Shown here: in pieces, positions 10,264 to 20,759 of the stretch
How positions within the stretch are numbered: the first letter of the stretch is position 1
Layout: the number at the start of each line of letters is the position of its first letter
Made by a program: the position numbers and the translations under genes
From: an uncultured Ruminococcus sp.
GTDB taxonomy: Bacteria > Bacillota > Clostridia > Oscillospirales > CAG-272
Direction of reading: 5' to 3'
Length of the DNA stretch: 64,000 nt
NCBI GenBank assembly: GCA_902778145.1
Contig: CACYWW010000001.1
Location: forward strand, 28,700 to 92,699
Notes under the pieces: generated by a model
Seen by the model: only the letters and a program-made list of their open reading frames with translations
Told to the model about the DNA's origin: nothing
Databases searched by the model: none

Positions 10264-10581
10264 TCAGTTCAGTTTAATAGTAATTTCCATCGGTCGATTA
10301 GCACTTGCATATAGCAGCCCCGTCCGAGCATTTGACACAGCGGTCACCAGGCAGTTCAGCCTGCCGACCGTTTGATTGATTTCAGTCTGTGATTCTGCGA
10401 AATAGTAACCGTTCTCATCACTGCAGATGGGATACCCCTGTTGACGTAGTTTGGCTACGTTGCGCCTGATATTTCTTCCATCGAGGCGAAAAATGTGCTG
10501 AAGCTCGCGGCTGAGTACAGCGTTCTCCCTGCCTTTGTGAAACTCTCTGAGATATTCGCAGATTTCTTCTTTTTTGCTCAT
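10264..10581 (-). CDS. Winged-helix DNA-binding protein
   Basis: NAVLSRELQHIFRLDGRNIRRNVAKLRQQGYPICSDENGYY. Confidence 0.75.
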   Translation of the reverse strand: MSKKEEICEYLREFHKGRENAVLSRELQHIFRLDGRNIRRNVAKLRQQGYPICSDENGYYFAESQTEINQTVGRLNCLVTAVSNARTGLLYASANRPMEITIKLN

Positions 10582-10587
10582 ACTGTT

Positions 10588-11127
10588 TTACCTCACATAT
10601 TCTCTTTCTCTCTGCAGGAACTCCCAACCGTACACTTTTCCAATCTCGTCCCCGAGACGACGAGTAATACGAGTGATGTCCCTGCGCGTCGCCTGTCCGT
10701 GATAGATCTTCCATTTGAGGTTTTCGATCTGCTCTTGGCTGACGCCGTCCTTATACGTCCGATAAAGGTAATGATTTGTACCGTCGTGATGAATCGAGTC
10801 ACAGCGCAGGTCGCCGTTCTTATCCACGAACCATTTTGAATAGTCATTTTCGTCATATAAACAGTCTCGAATGTTTCCGCTTTTGATCTCCTTGTATCCC
10901 ATTCTTCGTCCGTTCCAGAGCCCCAAATCGGCAATTATGATGATAGGTCTTGACAGTTGAATATTCAGATTGATTCGCTCATCCGCTAGGTAATCGTTGT
11001 TGATCTCATACATAAGTTGAATACGTTCATCTTCTGAAAGATCCGGATGCTCTGCTTCGAGGTCGTCTTTCCAGTCGTCGTAGTTCAGGTCGTAGTTCGA
11101 CCATATCAAATGGTCTGTCTTTTCCAT
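10588..11127 (-). CDS. Conserved ICE hypothetical protein
   Basis: 179-aa ORF with RBS GGAG; ADLGLWNG and HHDGTN motifs. Confidence 0.8.
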   Translation of the reverse strand: MEKTDHLIWSNYDLNYDDWKDDLEAEHPDLSEDERIQLMYEINNDYLADERINLNIQLSRPIIIIADLGLWNGRRMGYKEIKSGNIRDCLYDENDYSKWFVDKNGDLRCDSIHHDGTNHYLYRTYKDGVSQEQIENLKWKIYHGQATRRDITRITRRLGDEIGKVYGWEFLQREREYVR

Positions 11128-11227
11128 CGTGCTCTCCCTCCTTATTCATATATTTAGCCTCGCAAATAGGGCAGACCATTCTGCCCTCAGGAACATATTC
11201 GCCGCAGCATACACAGGTATCGATCAT
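11027..11227 (-). CDS. Small zinc-finger protein (CxxC...CxxC)
   Basis: MIDTCVCCGEYVPEGRMVCPICE; ATGA-coupled to the upstream gene; 3' part overlaps the next gene by ~100 nt. Confidence 0.5.
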   Translation of the reverse strand: MIDTCVCCGEYVPEGRMVCPICEAKYMNKEGEHDGKDRPFDMVELRPELRRLERRPRSRASGSFRR

Positions 11228-12165
11228 CGTTCATACTCCCTTTCGTCCCTCACTCGCTTCAGCATATTCCCTTCTGTGTCGTAATGTCTCGGATCCGCCC
11301 CAGACGTGTTAAAGCCGTAAAGCGAGCCCCAGTACATAGCGGCTGCCTGAGCTTTTGTTACACCGAGTTTTTGATTGTATTCTTCAACGAACTCGCGGCT
11401 CTCTGCCGTGCCTTTCGTGGGAATATCCGTCTTGTAGAATCCGGTTTCGCCTTTTTTGACTATGATGATCTCTCCGGTTTCCGCATGGACCGCATAACAC
11501 TGTTCTGGCAGATCCGAACGAAGCGGTACTACTTTGTTCCCGTTCGCCTCCATGATTTCGGCAAATTCCGCCACATGATAAATGCTGCTTCCGGCTTCGA
11601 AATGGTAGTCATCCACGTATCGACAGGTGCGTTCCGCGCTTTCTCCGTCCGGGTAGGTAATACGAATCCATTCGCCGTCCGGAATGCGGAACAGTTCCTT
11701 ATAATGCGAATTGACAAAGCGAATACCGCGCTCTGCTTGCCTGATATGATCGTCGAGCCAGTCACGTCGATAGCAGTAGCAATACAGGTTGTACTCACCT
11801 TTATTCGGATTCAACCGCAGCAAATAGGCATATTTCTCGGTATCCACTCGGACGCCGTAGTACTCTTCTTCTGTCTGCATTTTGCTCTGCGGGTTGGAAT
11901 AGCAGTATTTGGATAGCGCGGAACGGTTATGGAGAATATCGCCTTCTTCACGTAGCGAATTGATCACTTCGTCAAATTCGTCTTTAAACTCCTGTGTTTT
12001 CAGGTCCTTTCGCCAGTCGTTCCAGGAACTGAAAAAACCGTTGCCGTCGGTATCCATATCGGCTCGCAGATAACCTATGAGGCCTGTTTGTGCACAGAGT
12101 TGGGAACTCTGCTGAAAGGTATATTTGTCTTCTACTTGCGTCATAGCTCTCTTCTCAAAATCCAT
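11224..12165 (-). CDS. Conserved ICE hypothetical protein (multi-module)
   Basis: 313-aa ORF in the operon; ends in an ER-rich tail like its neighbours. Confidence 0.8.
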   Translation of the reverse strand: MDFEKRAMTQVEDKYTFQQSSQLCAQTGLIGYLRADMDTDGNGFFSSWNDWRKDLKTQEFKDEFDEVINSLREEGDILHNRSALSKYCYSNPQSKMQTEEEYYGVRVDTEKYAYLLRLNPNKGEYNLYCYCYRRDWLDDHIRQAERGIRFVNSHYKELFRIPDGEWIRITYPDGESAERTCRYVDDYHFEAGSSIYHVAEFAEIMEANGNKVVPLRSDLPEQCYAVHAETGEIIIVKKGETGFYKTDIPTKGTAESREFVEEYNQKLGVTKAQAAAMYWGSLYGFNTSGADPRHYDTEGNMLKRVRDEREYER

Positions 12166-12168
12166 TGT

Positions 12169-12783
12169 TCATCTTGCCTCCCTTACTTCTTTTTCCGTTT
12201 CCGGATGCCTTTCTTTGTGTTTCTCATATCCGTCTTTTGCCCAGGCGGGAAGCTGCTCCTGCGGAATCGTTCCGAGAATATCCTGCCGGTAAAAGCTCGT
12301 TTGAACTCCGTCAAACAATCTTGTGCAATAGCAGGTACGTCCCCTCGACTTGGGAGATGCACCGAAGCCTCCCGTACATACGTAAAGCTGACGCGGAGAT
12401 CGCTGAAATTCCGGTCTCAGCACGTCAGCGCGGATCACGATGATTTGACCGTTCAGGTTGGAATCCTCTTTTATCGGGATGCAATCTCTTTTTGTCAGTG
12501 GGTCGTCGTTTCCGACGATCTTCTGCTCGTCCTCGATCATCTTTTGTGTTTCCTCCGCCTTCTCTGAAATGCGGTCTCCGTAAACCGAAAGAATGTCCGG
12601 ATAGCTGTCGCTCGCCATGCAATCAAAGCCGCGCTCGGTGAAGCCGTTGTTCTCCACATAAGCACATATATAACGCTCGCTCGCAGGCGCGTTTTTGTTC
12701 TCCGCAACGACGATTTCATGATCTCCGATCCACACACTTTGGAGCACTTCATAATCGCCGAGCATTCTCTTTTCTTTCTCCAT
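12169..12783 (-). CDS. ICE hypothetical protein (start corrected to MEKEKRM)
   Basis: RBS GGAGGA before ATG 12783; the longer ORF call overlaps the upstream gene and a hairpin. Confidence 0.75.
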   Translation of the reverse strand: MEKEKRMLGDYEVLQSVWIGDHEIVVAENKNAPASERYICAYVENNGFTERGFDCMASDSYPDILSVYGDRISEKAEETQKMIEDEQKIVGNDDPLTKRDCIPIKEDSNLNGQIIVIRADVLRPEFQRSPRQLYVCTGGFGASPKSRGRTCYCTRLFDGVQTSFYRQDILGTIPQEQLPAWAKDGYEKHKERHPETEKEVREAR

Positions 12784-12910
12784 TTCTTCCTCCATAGGTT
12801 CGGGCGGCGCTTTCGCACCGCCCGACGTCGTTATTTCTTCTTTTTTCTCGACCTCAGAAAAATGAAGCCGAAAATGATAAAGCCAATCAGTAATACCGTT
12901 AACGCGATCT

Positions 12911-15877
12911 TCACGGCTGAGTTCTCCCGGCATACCAATCGTCATAGGCGCTGCCTTCGATCTTGATTGCAGTCGGCACAATCATTTGTTTGATCATACC
13001 GGCAGGCGTCCAGCAGTCGGATTGAACGATCTTCACGACGTAGTTACCGTTCGGATACCATAGCGGCGTAAAATGAACGTTCCCGTAATCAAGATACGGT
13101 CTCAGTTCAAAATAGGAATAGGCTTCACCTGTCTTTTTGATTAGAGTTGAAGTCATCCCTGCTCCGAATGCATACCGATATTCCGGGTAAAGCACGTAGG
13201 CGTACTGGGGAAGTGTATACATAGTGTTATCAGCCATTGTATATCCCTCTTGTCCCGCTGTTCCGTGTACAAGATCCATGCTGATTCTCGACTTAACAGA
13301 AATGCCGTATCCGGATTTCATATACCAGTAGCCGCTCTTCTGATAACCCGTTTCACCGGTCGCCGGTGTGATAGTGTTCGGCGTTGTCTTTTGCAGTTTG
13401 ACTTCATAGGTTTTCAGAGTCAGTCCGCTTGATCCGTCGTATACATATTCGGTCCAGGTCGCGCCTCCATAATTTGTTGAAAGCGCACTCGGAATCGAAA
13501 AGCCGGTCGGACCGTTTTCTTCATATTGCGTATCCGGAGTTGTATAAATCGAATAGGGCGTTGTTTGACGAAGGTTCGATACGGTTTCAACGCTTTTCCC
13601 TCCATTATACAGTTCGGCAGTAACCCGAACATTGTCGCCATTAAGCCCTGTCGGGACAGTCCATTTGAAATAAACGATGTTTCTTCCGATTGCAGGAACT
13701 ACGACATTCTTGGACTCAACATGGAACGGCGTGGTCTCTCCGGGTTTATACACTCTTATCGTAACAGCCACATTATCGCCCGGAAGAATGTTTCTTTCGG
13801 CATAATTCCATACGCGAAACGTTGAAATGACCTGTGTGTTTTCGCGATAAGGCGCATTAGGTGCAACCGCGGTGATAGCCATTTTAGACTGTGTATGACA
13901 ACCGATCGTCAATTCGTTATTAGTACCGTCCGTCTCATAGTCGGTATTGCCTCTTTCAACCGTGCTGAGATATACCCCTCCCCAGATAGTATAATCGCTT
14001 TCATCCGGTACAACGTGCGTTCCGCCGGCCACTTCAATGGTATCGTTTGAGGGAATAGCATATACACCGGGAATTTGTGAATAACCGTCTTTGTATCCCT
14101 TTACAAATACTGTGCAATCGGTATTATTCCGGTAAACATACCGAATTGTATAACTCTGACCGACAGTAAGGTTATTGGGATCAGCGTAATATCCGTTCCC
14201 ATCAACAAGCTTTATCTCCACAAGGGCAACATCGGATTTGATAATTGGAAGATAGAAGGTGTCCGACTGCTCGGTTCGAGCCGTATCCTTTGACCAGGCG
14301 GTTTTGAGATCGAAACGCAGACGGAATGAATTCGTATCGTTTTTGGCGTTCAGCGGAATAACGTAAGATCCGATATTGCTGTTTTTCTTGTAAGATTTCG
14401 TCGAACTGAGCGCCACAGAATTAACGCTCACATCGTCGTTCGGATAGATTCCGCCCCAGTTCAGTCCGTCCCATCGATACGCTCTTCCCCTGACATTGTT
14501 GCTCGATTCCCATGTGGTTGTGGCTCCGTACAGATACTGGAACGTGATCCTTTGCCCGAAGTACAGTTTCCCGATTGGTAACGCTCCGGTGCTATATGCC
14601 TGAGCATTTCCGAGTTCATTGAAGGCTGTAACCTTTTCACGTGTGACGATTGGCTTTATGGGAATATAAAATGTCTTTTCTGTTCCGTATTTCTTGAGCG
14701 TTCCGTTTGATTCGATCCAGTCAACGCGGGCCTTGACCGTATAATATGATTTTGAAACCGGAACAGTCGGAACGCTCGCAGCCACGTCAAACCATTCAAG
14801 ATTATTGGAATAACCTATTCTCGTATCCACCTGCACTCCGTCGATCCAGACAGTCTGCTGAACAGCGATGTTCTGTGACTCCTTCGGAAAATATACAGAG
14901 AAAAAGACTTTATCGCCGTAGCAAGGATAGTTATTTACGGTTGTCCAATAGCTCCAGGCGTTGCCCGTGCTCGTTCCGTAGTGATAAGTCTTTGTCGGCT
15001 TTGTGCCTTTATACGCCCGGCATTCTTTTACATTAAGTGTCGGAGAAAAATCTTCTTTCTTCTCTGTATAGGCGATACCGACTCCGTATCCTTTATTGAT
15101 GATGTCTTTGAACTTGATTTTTGAGGAAGAGGCGGATACTCCTTCCCACAGTCCCTGACCGTCCGGTGTAAACAATGAGTTCGGGTAATGTTTGTTCACG
15201 AAGTTGGCTATGAATCCCCAGCTCTCAGACTGACTGCTTGCGCCGCCGTTGCTTTCCGCACCGAGAATATGCTTTCCATAAAGGGCGATCTCTGTTACGG
15301 TAACCGCATGATATACACTCTCAAGGCGCACATCAAAAATCGGCTCAACGAGGATCTTATCGCCGTTCTTCAAAGTCGTGATATTCCCCGCCCCGAGCAA
15401 CGAAAGCACCACATTCAGATTCGTTACGTTATTCTGCCATTCGCCCATTCCTGACGGATCGGGAAGCTTTGTCGCAAAACCGTAGTTCTGCTCTTTATAG
15501 CAGTTCGTATAGTGGTGCGAAGTACTGAAACCGCTGTTTTGCAATCCGATCAGTTGCTTTTTGTTATATGTCGTTGTAAAACGATCCGCCGCGTACAAAA
15601 TATGCCTCCCGAAATGGCTGTCCCGAATCACGTCAATGACTTTCGAAACCTTGTTAGCGCCGGTTTTATCAACGAGACTGAAGCGGTAGCCGACGCAGTT
15701 TGCCCATGAATCAGTCGCAATAGCGTATCCGTTAGGGCCGGCAGCAATAGTCGCACTTCCGCCTTCTGTCGAATCTCCATCCCACTCAAGAGCAGAAGCC
15801 GGGACAGAAACAGCCGTAAATGCTGTTATGATCATAAGAATTAAGGACAGCGTTTTTACTATCTTCTTCATTTTCAT
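12911..15877 (-). CDS. Large secreted beta-rich protein, candidate adhesin
   Basis: Signal peptide (ASA-LE); Tyr/Thr/Gly-rich Ig/CARDB-like stretches; C-terminal VHFTPLWYPNG..WTPAGM..GSAYDDWY. Confidence 0.8.
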   Translation of the reverse strand: MKMKKIVKTLSLILMIITAFTAVSVPASALEWDGDSTEGGSATIAAGPNGYAIATDSWANCVGYRFSLVDKTGANKVSKVIDVIRDSHFGRHILYAADRFTTTYNKKQLIGLQNSGFSTSHHYTNCYKEQNYGFATKLPDPSGMGEWQNNVTNLNVVLSLLGAGNITTLKNGDKILVEPIFDVRLESVYHAVTVTEIALYGKHILGAESNGGASSQSESWGFIANFVNKHYPNSLFTPDGQGLWEGVSASSSKIKFKDIINKGYGVGIAYTEKKEDFSPTLNVKECRAYKGTKPTKTYHYGTSTGNAWSYWTTVNNYPCYGDKVFFSVYFPKESQNIAVQQTVWIDGVQVDTRIGYSNNLEWFDVAASVPTVPVSKSYYTVKARVDWIESNGTLKKYGTEKTFYIPIKPIVTREKVTAFNELGNAQAYSTGALPIGKLYFGQRITFQYLYGATTTWESSNNVRGRAYRWDGLNWGGIYPNDDVSVNSVALSSTKSYKKNSNIGSYVIPLNAKNDTNSFRLRFDLKTAWSKDTARTEQSDTFYLPIIKSDVALVEIKLVDGNGYYADPNNLTVGQSYTIRYVYRNNTDCTVFVKGYKDGYSQIPGVYAIPSNDTIEVAGGTHVVPDESDYTIWGGVYLSTVERGNTDYETDGTNNELTIGCHTQSKMAITAVAPNAPYRENTQVISTFRVWNYAERNILPGDNVAVTIRVYKPGETTPFHVESKNVVVPAIGRNIVYFKWTVPTGLNGDNVRVTAELYNGGKSVETVSNLRQTTPYSIYTTPDTQYEENGPTGFSIPSALSTNYGGATWTEYVYDGSSGLTLKTYEVKLQKTTPNTITPATGETGYQKSGYWYMKSGYGISVKSRISMDLVHGTAGQEGYTMADNTMYTLPQYAYVLYPEYRYAFGAGMTSTLIKKTGEAYSYFELRPYLDYGNVHFTPLWYPNGNYVVKIVQSDCWTPAGMIKQMIVPTAIKIEGSAYDDWYAGRTQP

Positions 15878-15890
15878 CCTTTCCGGGCAT

Positions 15891-15921
15891 AAAGAAAGGC
15901 CCGACGGTTTATGTCGAGCCT
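15891..15921 (-). terminator. Intrinsic terminator inside the operon
   Basis: AGGCTCGAC-7nt-GTCGGGCCT followed by TTCTTT. Confidence 0.65.
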
Positions 15922-15941
15922 GTCTTTTGTCCTATTCTTTT

Positions 15942-16697
15942 TTAATCTTCACAGCAATGGCAAGTCCACGATTCGACCCATTTACCACAGTTCGGGCAAT
16001 GGCATGCAGTCACGAACTGGACACAGGTTCCGTGGCTTCCATCTCCGCATTTTTTCCCGCAGTTCTGACAGTAGTATACGGGATCGCTGTGAATATCATA
16101 CTGCGGACATTTACTCGGAGTGTAACAGGTGTTTCCCCATTCATCAGTCGCATAAAAGCTCGGGCAATCGCTTTTATGACAGTAAGGACAACCCTCGCGC
16201 TCCAAATTGAGAACGTATGCGTGAGTCTCGGGGCCGTCGCAGTGATGACCCGGAGTTCCGCAGTTATACGGCTCGCTCGTCTCCGGAATCTTTTCCGTAT
16301 TCACGGGATTGTCGTCCGGCACCTTAGGGGTTGTAATCGGCTCTACTGCAGGAGCCGCGGTTTCCCTTGGCGTCGTTATCGGAGCAGGCGGCAGCGGTTC
16401 GTCTTCGATTGTAATCGGCGATACCTCTTCCGTGGTTTCACCAGGATCATCACTTGTTTCTTTTCCGCTACTCTCCGGCGGAATCGGATCATCCACGGGT
16501 TCCGTTTCCGTTCCGCTGTTTACCGGATCATCAACTGTGATCGTCGATACCGTCACTTCCGGTGTCGTCCCTGATTCAGGCGGTATGCTATCGACTTTTC
16601 CGGTGCTCACACCAATTGCGATCAGTACGATTGAAAGAATCACTACGGCTAACGCGCCGCAAGTGATAAAGATGTGTGTTCTGTGCATTTTTCTCAT
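15942..16697 (-). CDS. Membrane-anchored protein with P/T/E-rich stalk and Cys/His-rich C-terminus
   Basis: N-terminal TM helix, low-complexity linker, 17 Cys in the last ~108 aa. Confidence 0.8.
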   Translation of the reverse strand: MRKMHRTHIFITCGALAVVILSIVLIAIGVSTGKVDSIPPESGTTPEVTVSTITVDDPVNSGTETEPVDDPIPPESSGKETSDDPGETTEEVSPITIEDEPLPPAPITTPRETAAPAVEPITTPKVPDDNPVNTEKIPETSEPYNCGTPGHHCDGPETHAYVLNLEREGCPYCHKSDCPSFYATDEWGNTCYTPSKCPQYDIHSDPVYYCQNCGKKCGDGSHGTCVQFVTACHCPNCGKWVESWTCHCCED

Positions 16698-16704
16698 TCC
16701 TCCT

Positions 16705-17187
16705 TTAGAACTTTCCTTCCAGATTAATTTTTACCGTTACCGGTACGATTGCCGTCGATACATGTATTCCGGCAAAGTACAGCGGGATATATGTGTTATA
16801 CTTCACAACCAGCCTCAGCTTATTTGCCTCTGAAAAATTGATCTCCGGCATCGTAATGAAATACTCGGTATCCCCGTCTGCATTATTATGATACAGGAAA
16901 CTGCCGACTTTGTGAAATGTGCAAAATGACGTCAAATCATCTTTGAATTCTTCTTTATCAATGGAGTCAGTGGCATTTGTCCCCTGTTTGATGGAATTAT
17001 AGATGCGTATCGAGTTTTTCGTTACATAGATTTCAAGCACGGTTTTCACATTCCGTTCGGTGACTCTGACCACGTTGACGCTGCAGGCAAAGGTGACGAA
17101 AACCGAAAGGATCATACAGATCGCGATTATCAGCACGCAAACCTGCACGTACCCTTCCCCCCTTTTATTCCTTATCATCACCTTCAC
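16705..17187 (-). CDS. TadE-like minor pilin
   Basis: Prepilin-like KRG|EGYVQ followed by a hydrophobic helix. Confidence 0.75.
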   Translation of the reverse strand: MKVMIRNKRGEGYVQVCVLIIAICMILSVFVTFACSVNVVRVTERNVKTVLEIYVTKNSIRIYNSIKQGTNATDSIDKEEFKDDLTSFCTFHKVGSFLYHNNADGDTEYFITMPEINFSEANKLRLVVKYNTYIPLYFAGIHVSTAIVPVTVKINLEGKF

Positions 17188-17598
17188 CTACTTCCAATAC
17201 TTCTGCGACAGACCGGACCGTGTAACTGTTACCGTGACAGGGATTTTGAAAACGCCGAGGCCTTTAATATAGGTATCGACGGATACCGTGACGTACATCG
17301 GATGTCCGAGTTGAACCCGTTTATAATAGCTGTTGAAGTATTCATCAGCACCGATATCAAGATCAAAATCGTAATACTGATCTAGCATCCGCTCGTAAGC
17401 GTCCTGTGAGTCTCCTCCGAAAGCGCCCGAATATGTGGACGCTTCAAGGATCTCGTCAGCGATCTGATCCAGTTCTATCCGCAGAGTGATGAAGCTGAAT
17501 ATATTGATAGCGATCACAAGGATCATGACGAAGACGATAACACCTACACACATATCGACGTATCCTTCTCCGCGTTTGCATTTCAATAGATTTCTCAT
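17188..17598 (-). CDS. TadE-like minor pilin (DUF4320-like; start MRNLLK)
   Basis: KRG|EGYVD followed by a hydrophobic helix; RBS GGAGGGAGG. Confidence 0.78.
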   Translation of the reverse strand: MRNLLKCKRGEGYVDMCVGVIVFVMILVIAINIFSFITLRIELDQIADEILEASTYSGAFGGDSQDAYERMLDQYYDFDLDIGADEYFNSYYKRVQLGHPMYVTVSVDTYIKGLGVFKIPVTVTVTRSGLSQKYWK

Positions 17599-17612
17599 CG
17601 CATTCCTCCCTC

Positions 17613-18482
17613 CTACATAAACAGTACGCCTATACTCGTCATTATTTGCTCTACAATGACGACAATGTAAATCAGCATAAAGCAGATAAGCAGGCACATC
17701 GAAAGGCGTTTGACCTTTCTCGGAACTTTCTGCGCTTTGAGCCGTAACTGCTGACGGGCGGTATCGTTGAACTTGAGAGACAGCGATGCCCAGTACATCC
17801 GGTTATCATCGCCGCGAAGGATTCCGATCAGTCCTCTGCACACGTCGCTCATCATGGAAGAACCGACACGGCTTTCAAGTCGGGTTATCGCTCCTTCGTA
17901 GTTACCGGATTTCATATCAGCCACAGTAATCTCCAGCTCGTGTTTCAGCTCCGGTCCGGCGTTCTGAGCATAGTTTTCAAGCATCGAAAGAACGTCCCGG
18001 TTGTGAACGAGCGTCTTTTCAATGTTCGACACCAGTCTCGGAAGCTCATATTCTATCCTCTCCCGTTTTGCCCGGATTCGCTTGGAAACGCTCCTGGTTT
18101 CCATATGATACAGGAAAATGGCAAGGAACAGAACGACGGGGACGAGCAGCGGGAAGATGAAAGCGACCGGAATGGCAAGAATACCGATAAGGCTCGCTTT
18201 TACTATGGCATTCGCCTTGAACATTTCGGGCGTAATATCCATCTGCGCCGTTTTCAGATCCGCTTCAAGCTGCGCTTTTTTGAACTCGTTGAGTTTCAGA
18301 TGCTTTGCAATCTTTTCGGCAATGCCCTCAAGCCAGAGATTCAGACCGGAGTTCTTGTCCTTCTGCTTTTTGGACAGACTCTCGACTGCACGGGAGGTTT
18401 TGAAATACGGAATACGGTAAGCATCCGCGAGAACGAAAAAAAGTCCGATCCCGCAGAGTATACCGATAATTGCTTGAATCAT
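17613..18482 (-). CDS. tadC: Tad platform protein TadC
   Basis: TM pattern and T2SSF-like domain (IEYELPRLV..ELEITVADM); follows tadB. Confidence 0.8.
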   Translation of the reverse strand: MIQAIIGILCGIGLFFVLADAYRIPYFKTSRAVESLSKKQKDKNSGLNLWLEGIAEKIAKHLKLNEFKKAQLEADLKTAQMDITPEMFKANAIVKASLIGILAIPVAFIFPLLVPVVLFLAIFLYHMETRSVSKRIRAKRERIEYELPRLVSNIEKTLVHNRDVLSMLENYAQNAGPELKHELEITVADMKSGNYEGAITRLESRVGSSMMSDVCRGLIGILRGDDNRMYWASLSLKFNDTARQQLRLKAQKVPRKVKRLSMCLLICFMLIYIVVIVEQIMTSIGVLFM

Positions 18483-18495
18483 TTTCTCTCCTCCT

Positions 18496-19419
18496 TTACC
18501 TCTTATACTCTATCGGTTTGGTAAACCGCTTCATGAAGATTGCCGTTACGAAAATCACGAGCGCACATACTCCGCAGACCGCTTTACCGGGTACGGTAAA
18601 TATAAGCGTGTGAAACCAATCCTTGTTGAGAAGATACAAAAGCGGCACATTGCCGACGACCAGCGCCACCATCATCCAGTATTCGTTACGAGCTGAGGCG
18701 AGCATCGTTGCAAGCTCGTTATTCACGATACGGATATCAGCCAGTTTCTGAACCACGGGATGAAGAGTATCCTTCAGCGTTCTGTCATCCTGGCAAAGGA
18801 TGAGCGTATCCACCCACTCGCGGAAAATGTCGTTATCGATTTTTTCTCTCAGTGCGTACAGCGCGTTCTTGATATTCGACGTAACCGCCGTCGCATCTCC
18901 CACAAAAGAAATGAACGTCTCCCGCAGAGGCGGTTTGATATACTGTGTGTTTTCCTTAACCGCCTGCACGATATCGTCGCAGCGTTCATACGAAGTCGTA
19001 ATGATGGATAACGCCGTTTCCAATTCCTCTTTAGTCTGCTTTTCATAATAAGCCAGCGTATTTGTGATATAGAGAAACGGGAGCAGAGCGAGCGTTACCG
19101 AAAGCACCGGCATGAGAAAGACATTATCGATCACGATTGATAGGATGACGCCTCCGCCGAAAAGCACAACGGAAGCACAGATCGCTATAGTAAACTGTCT
19201 GCTTTTACCTGTTGAGGCAAGCGCGCCCTTGATGTTGACGAGCAGCTTGTACAGTCTGTGCCTCTTTCTGTTTCCCCTGACGTTCTTCGCCTTGTCTTTC
19301 ATCGTATCGTTCGGCGTGATAACGCTCATCAAATCGTCGGTAATACGCTCCGGCGTAAGACCAAAGAAGATCGCTATGGCGATAATCAGAAGAACGGAAG
19401 CAATAACCTGTAGGATCAT
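18496..19419 (-). CDS. tadB: Tad platform protein TadB
   Basis: TM pattern; ELETALSIITTSY; position after the ATPase. Confidence 0.8.
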   Translation of the reverse strand: MILQVIASVLLIIAIAIFFGLTPERITDDLMSVITPNDTMKDKAKNVRGNRKRHRLYKLLVNIKGALASTGKSRQFTIAICASVVLFGGGVILSIVIDNVFLMPVLSVTLALLPFLYITNTLAYYEKQTKEELETALSIITTSYERCDDIVQAVKENTQYIKPPLRETFISFVGDATAVTSNIKNALYALREKIDNDIFREWVDTLILCQDDRTLKDTLHPVVQKLADIRIVNNELATMLASARNEYWMMVALVVGNVPLLYLLNKDWFHTLIFTVPGKAVCGVCALVIFVTAIFMKRFTKPIEYKR

Positions 19420-20759
19420 TTTTCTTTTACCTCCTCATCCTTCTTTTTCTTTATCGGAGCTTTCGGTTTCGTAAACTGAGAAATCAGATCTTCGGGAACA
19501 CCGAACTGAAGGAGTTTACCTTTCAGATGTTCGCTCATATATTCCGGCTGTTCAAAGTGCCCTTCGATCTTGTACTTGCCGTTTACAAGCTCGTTTTTCG
19601 TGATTTTGTAACGGAACAGTGTATGATACTCTCTGTCTCCGCTCGGCAGGATCACACACTCGGAAATGTCCATGATCTTGCGCGAATTATCTTCGAGCTT
19701 ATGTGCATATACGACAATCGGAAAGGCTTGTCCGGCCTGCATCAAGCTTGTCTGAAAATTGATCGGAAAGCGTTTCTGACACAAAAGCGCCAACCTCATG
19801 TGCGCGGCGTCTGCGGCAGAAGCGTGTATGGTCGAAACGACGGTATGGCCAGTCAAAGACGCCTCGACTGCGGAATACGCTTCTGTATCTCTCATCTCAC
19901 CGACCACAACGATATCCGGGTTGAAACGGAGGGACGCCACGACGAGATCTTCCTGGGTAATGTCATACGTCGGATTGTCGGACGGTCGTGAGAGCGTATG
20001 AACAACGTTGTTCACGACCTTGCCGTGCTTCATATTTACCAGCGAAAGCTCGCGGGAACCCGATTCGATCGTAAAGATACGTTTGTTGTTCGGAACCGAG
20101 GTGAGAAGTGCGTTCAGCAATGTGGTTTTCCCGCTTGAAGTCGCGCCGGCAATGACAAAAGAAACACCGTATCGCAGGCACATACACAGAAAATCGATCA
20201 TCTTCTGCGTAGAGTTGCCACCTGCAACAATCTGCTCTCTCGTCACTCTCGATGGGTGGAGCAGACGAATGGAGACCGAAATGCCTCTGTCCGCATCGAC
20301 GATAGGCTCCTTCAGCGCGGTCACACGGGTGTTCCCGGGCAGATGTCCCTGCGCCATAGGAGTGGCGTTGTCGATGATCATTCCGGAGTGATGAAGCAGG
20401 CGCTTTACGATATCCACGGCGTGCTGCGGGCTGTAGAAGTGCTCGGGAAGCTTCAGCATATAGCCGGAATTATAGGTGACACAGATATCGTCCCAGCCGT
20501 TGATATTGATCTCCTCGATACTGTCTTTCCCGAGATAAGGCGTGAGAATAGAATACTCCGCCATCTCGGAATAGAGCTTTTTTGACAGTTCGTCCGTCGT
20601 GTAACCGTCAACCGTGTATCCGGTGTCCGAAAGGTATTTGTCGATATACGAACGAAGCTGTCCGAGCTTTCTCCTGTCGGACAACGCTGCAGCATAGTTT
20701 TGGGAAATATATTCCTGAACCATCTGAAGAAGCGGCATAAATGATACGGATTTACCCAT
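19416..20759 (-). CDS. tadA: Tad assembly ATPase TadA/CpaF
   Basis: Walker A GATSSGKTT; LRFNPDIVVVGEMR; TGH..STIHA. Confidence 0.92.
   Translation of the reverse strand: MGKSVSFMPLLQMVQEYISQNYAAALSDRRKLGQLRSYIDKYLSDTGYTVDGYTTDELSKKLYSEMAEYSILTPYLGKDSIEEININGWDDICVTYNSGYMLKLPEHFYSPQHAVDIVKRLLHHSGMIIDNATPMAQGHLPGNTRVTALKEPIVDADRGISVSIRLLHPSRVTREQIVAGGNSTQKMIDFLCMCLRYGVSFVIAGATSSGKTTLLNALLTSVPNNKRIFTIESGSRELSLVNMKHGKVVNNVVHTLSRPSDNPTYDITQEDLVVASLRFNPDIVVVGEMRDTEAYSAVEASLTGHTVVSTIHASAADAAHMRLALLCQKRFPINFQTSLMQAGQAFPIVVYAHKLEDNSRKIMDISECVILPSGDREYHTLFRYKITKNELVNGKYKIEGHFEQPEYMSEHLKGKLLQFGVPEDLISQFTKPKAPIKKKKDEEVKEK

Noticed and set aside
16170-16195. CxxCH as a cytochrome c heme site
   Set aside because: Single motif in a Cys-rich domain with no maturation genes nearby; metal or disulfide binding is more likely.
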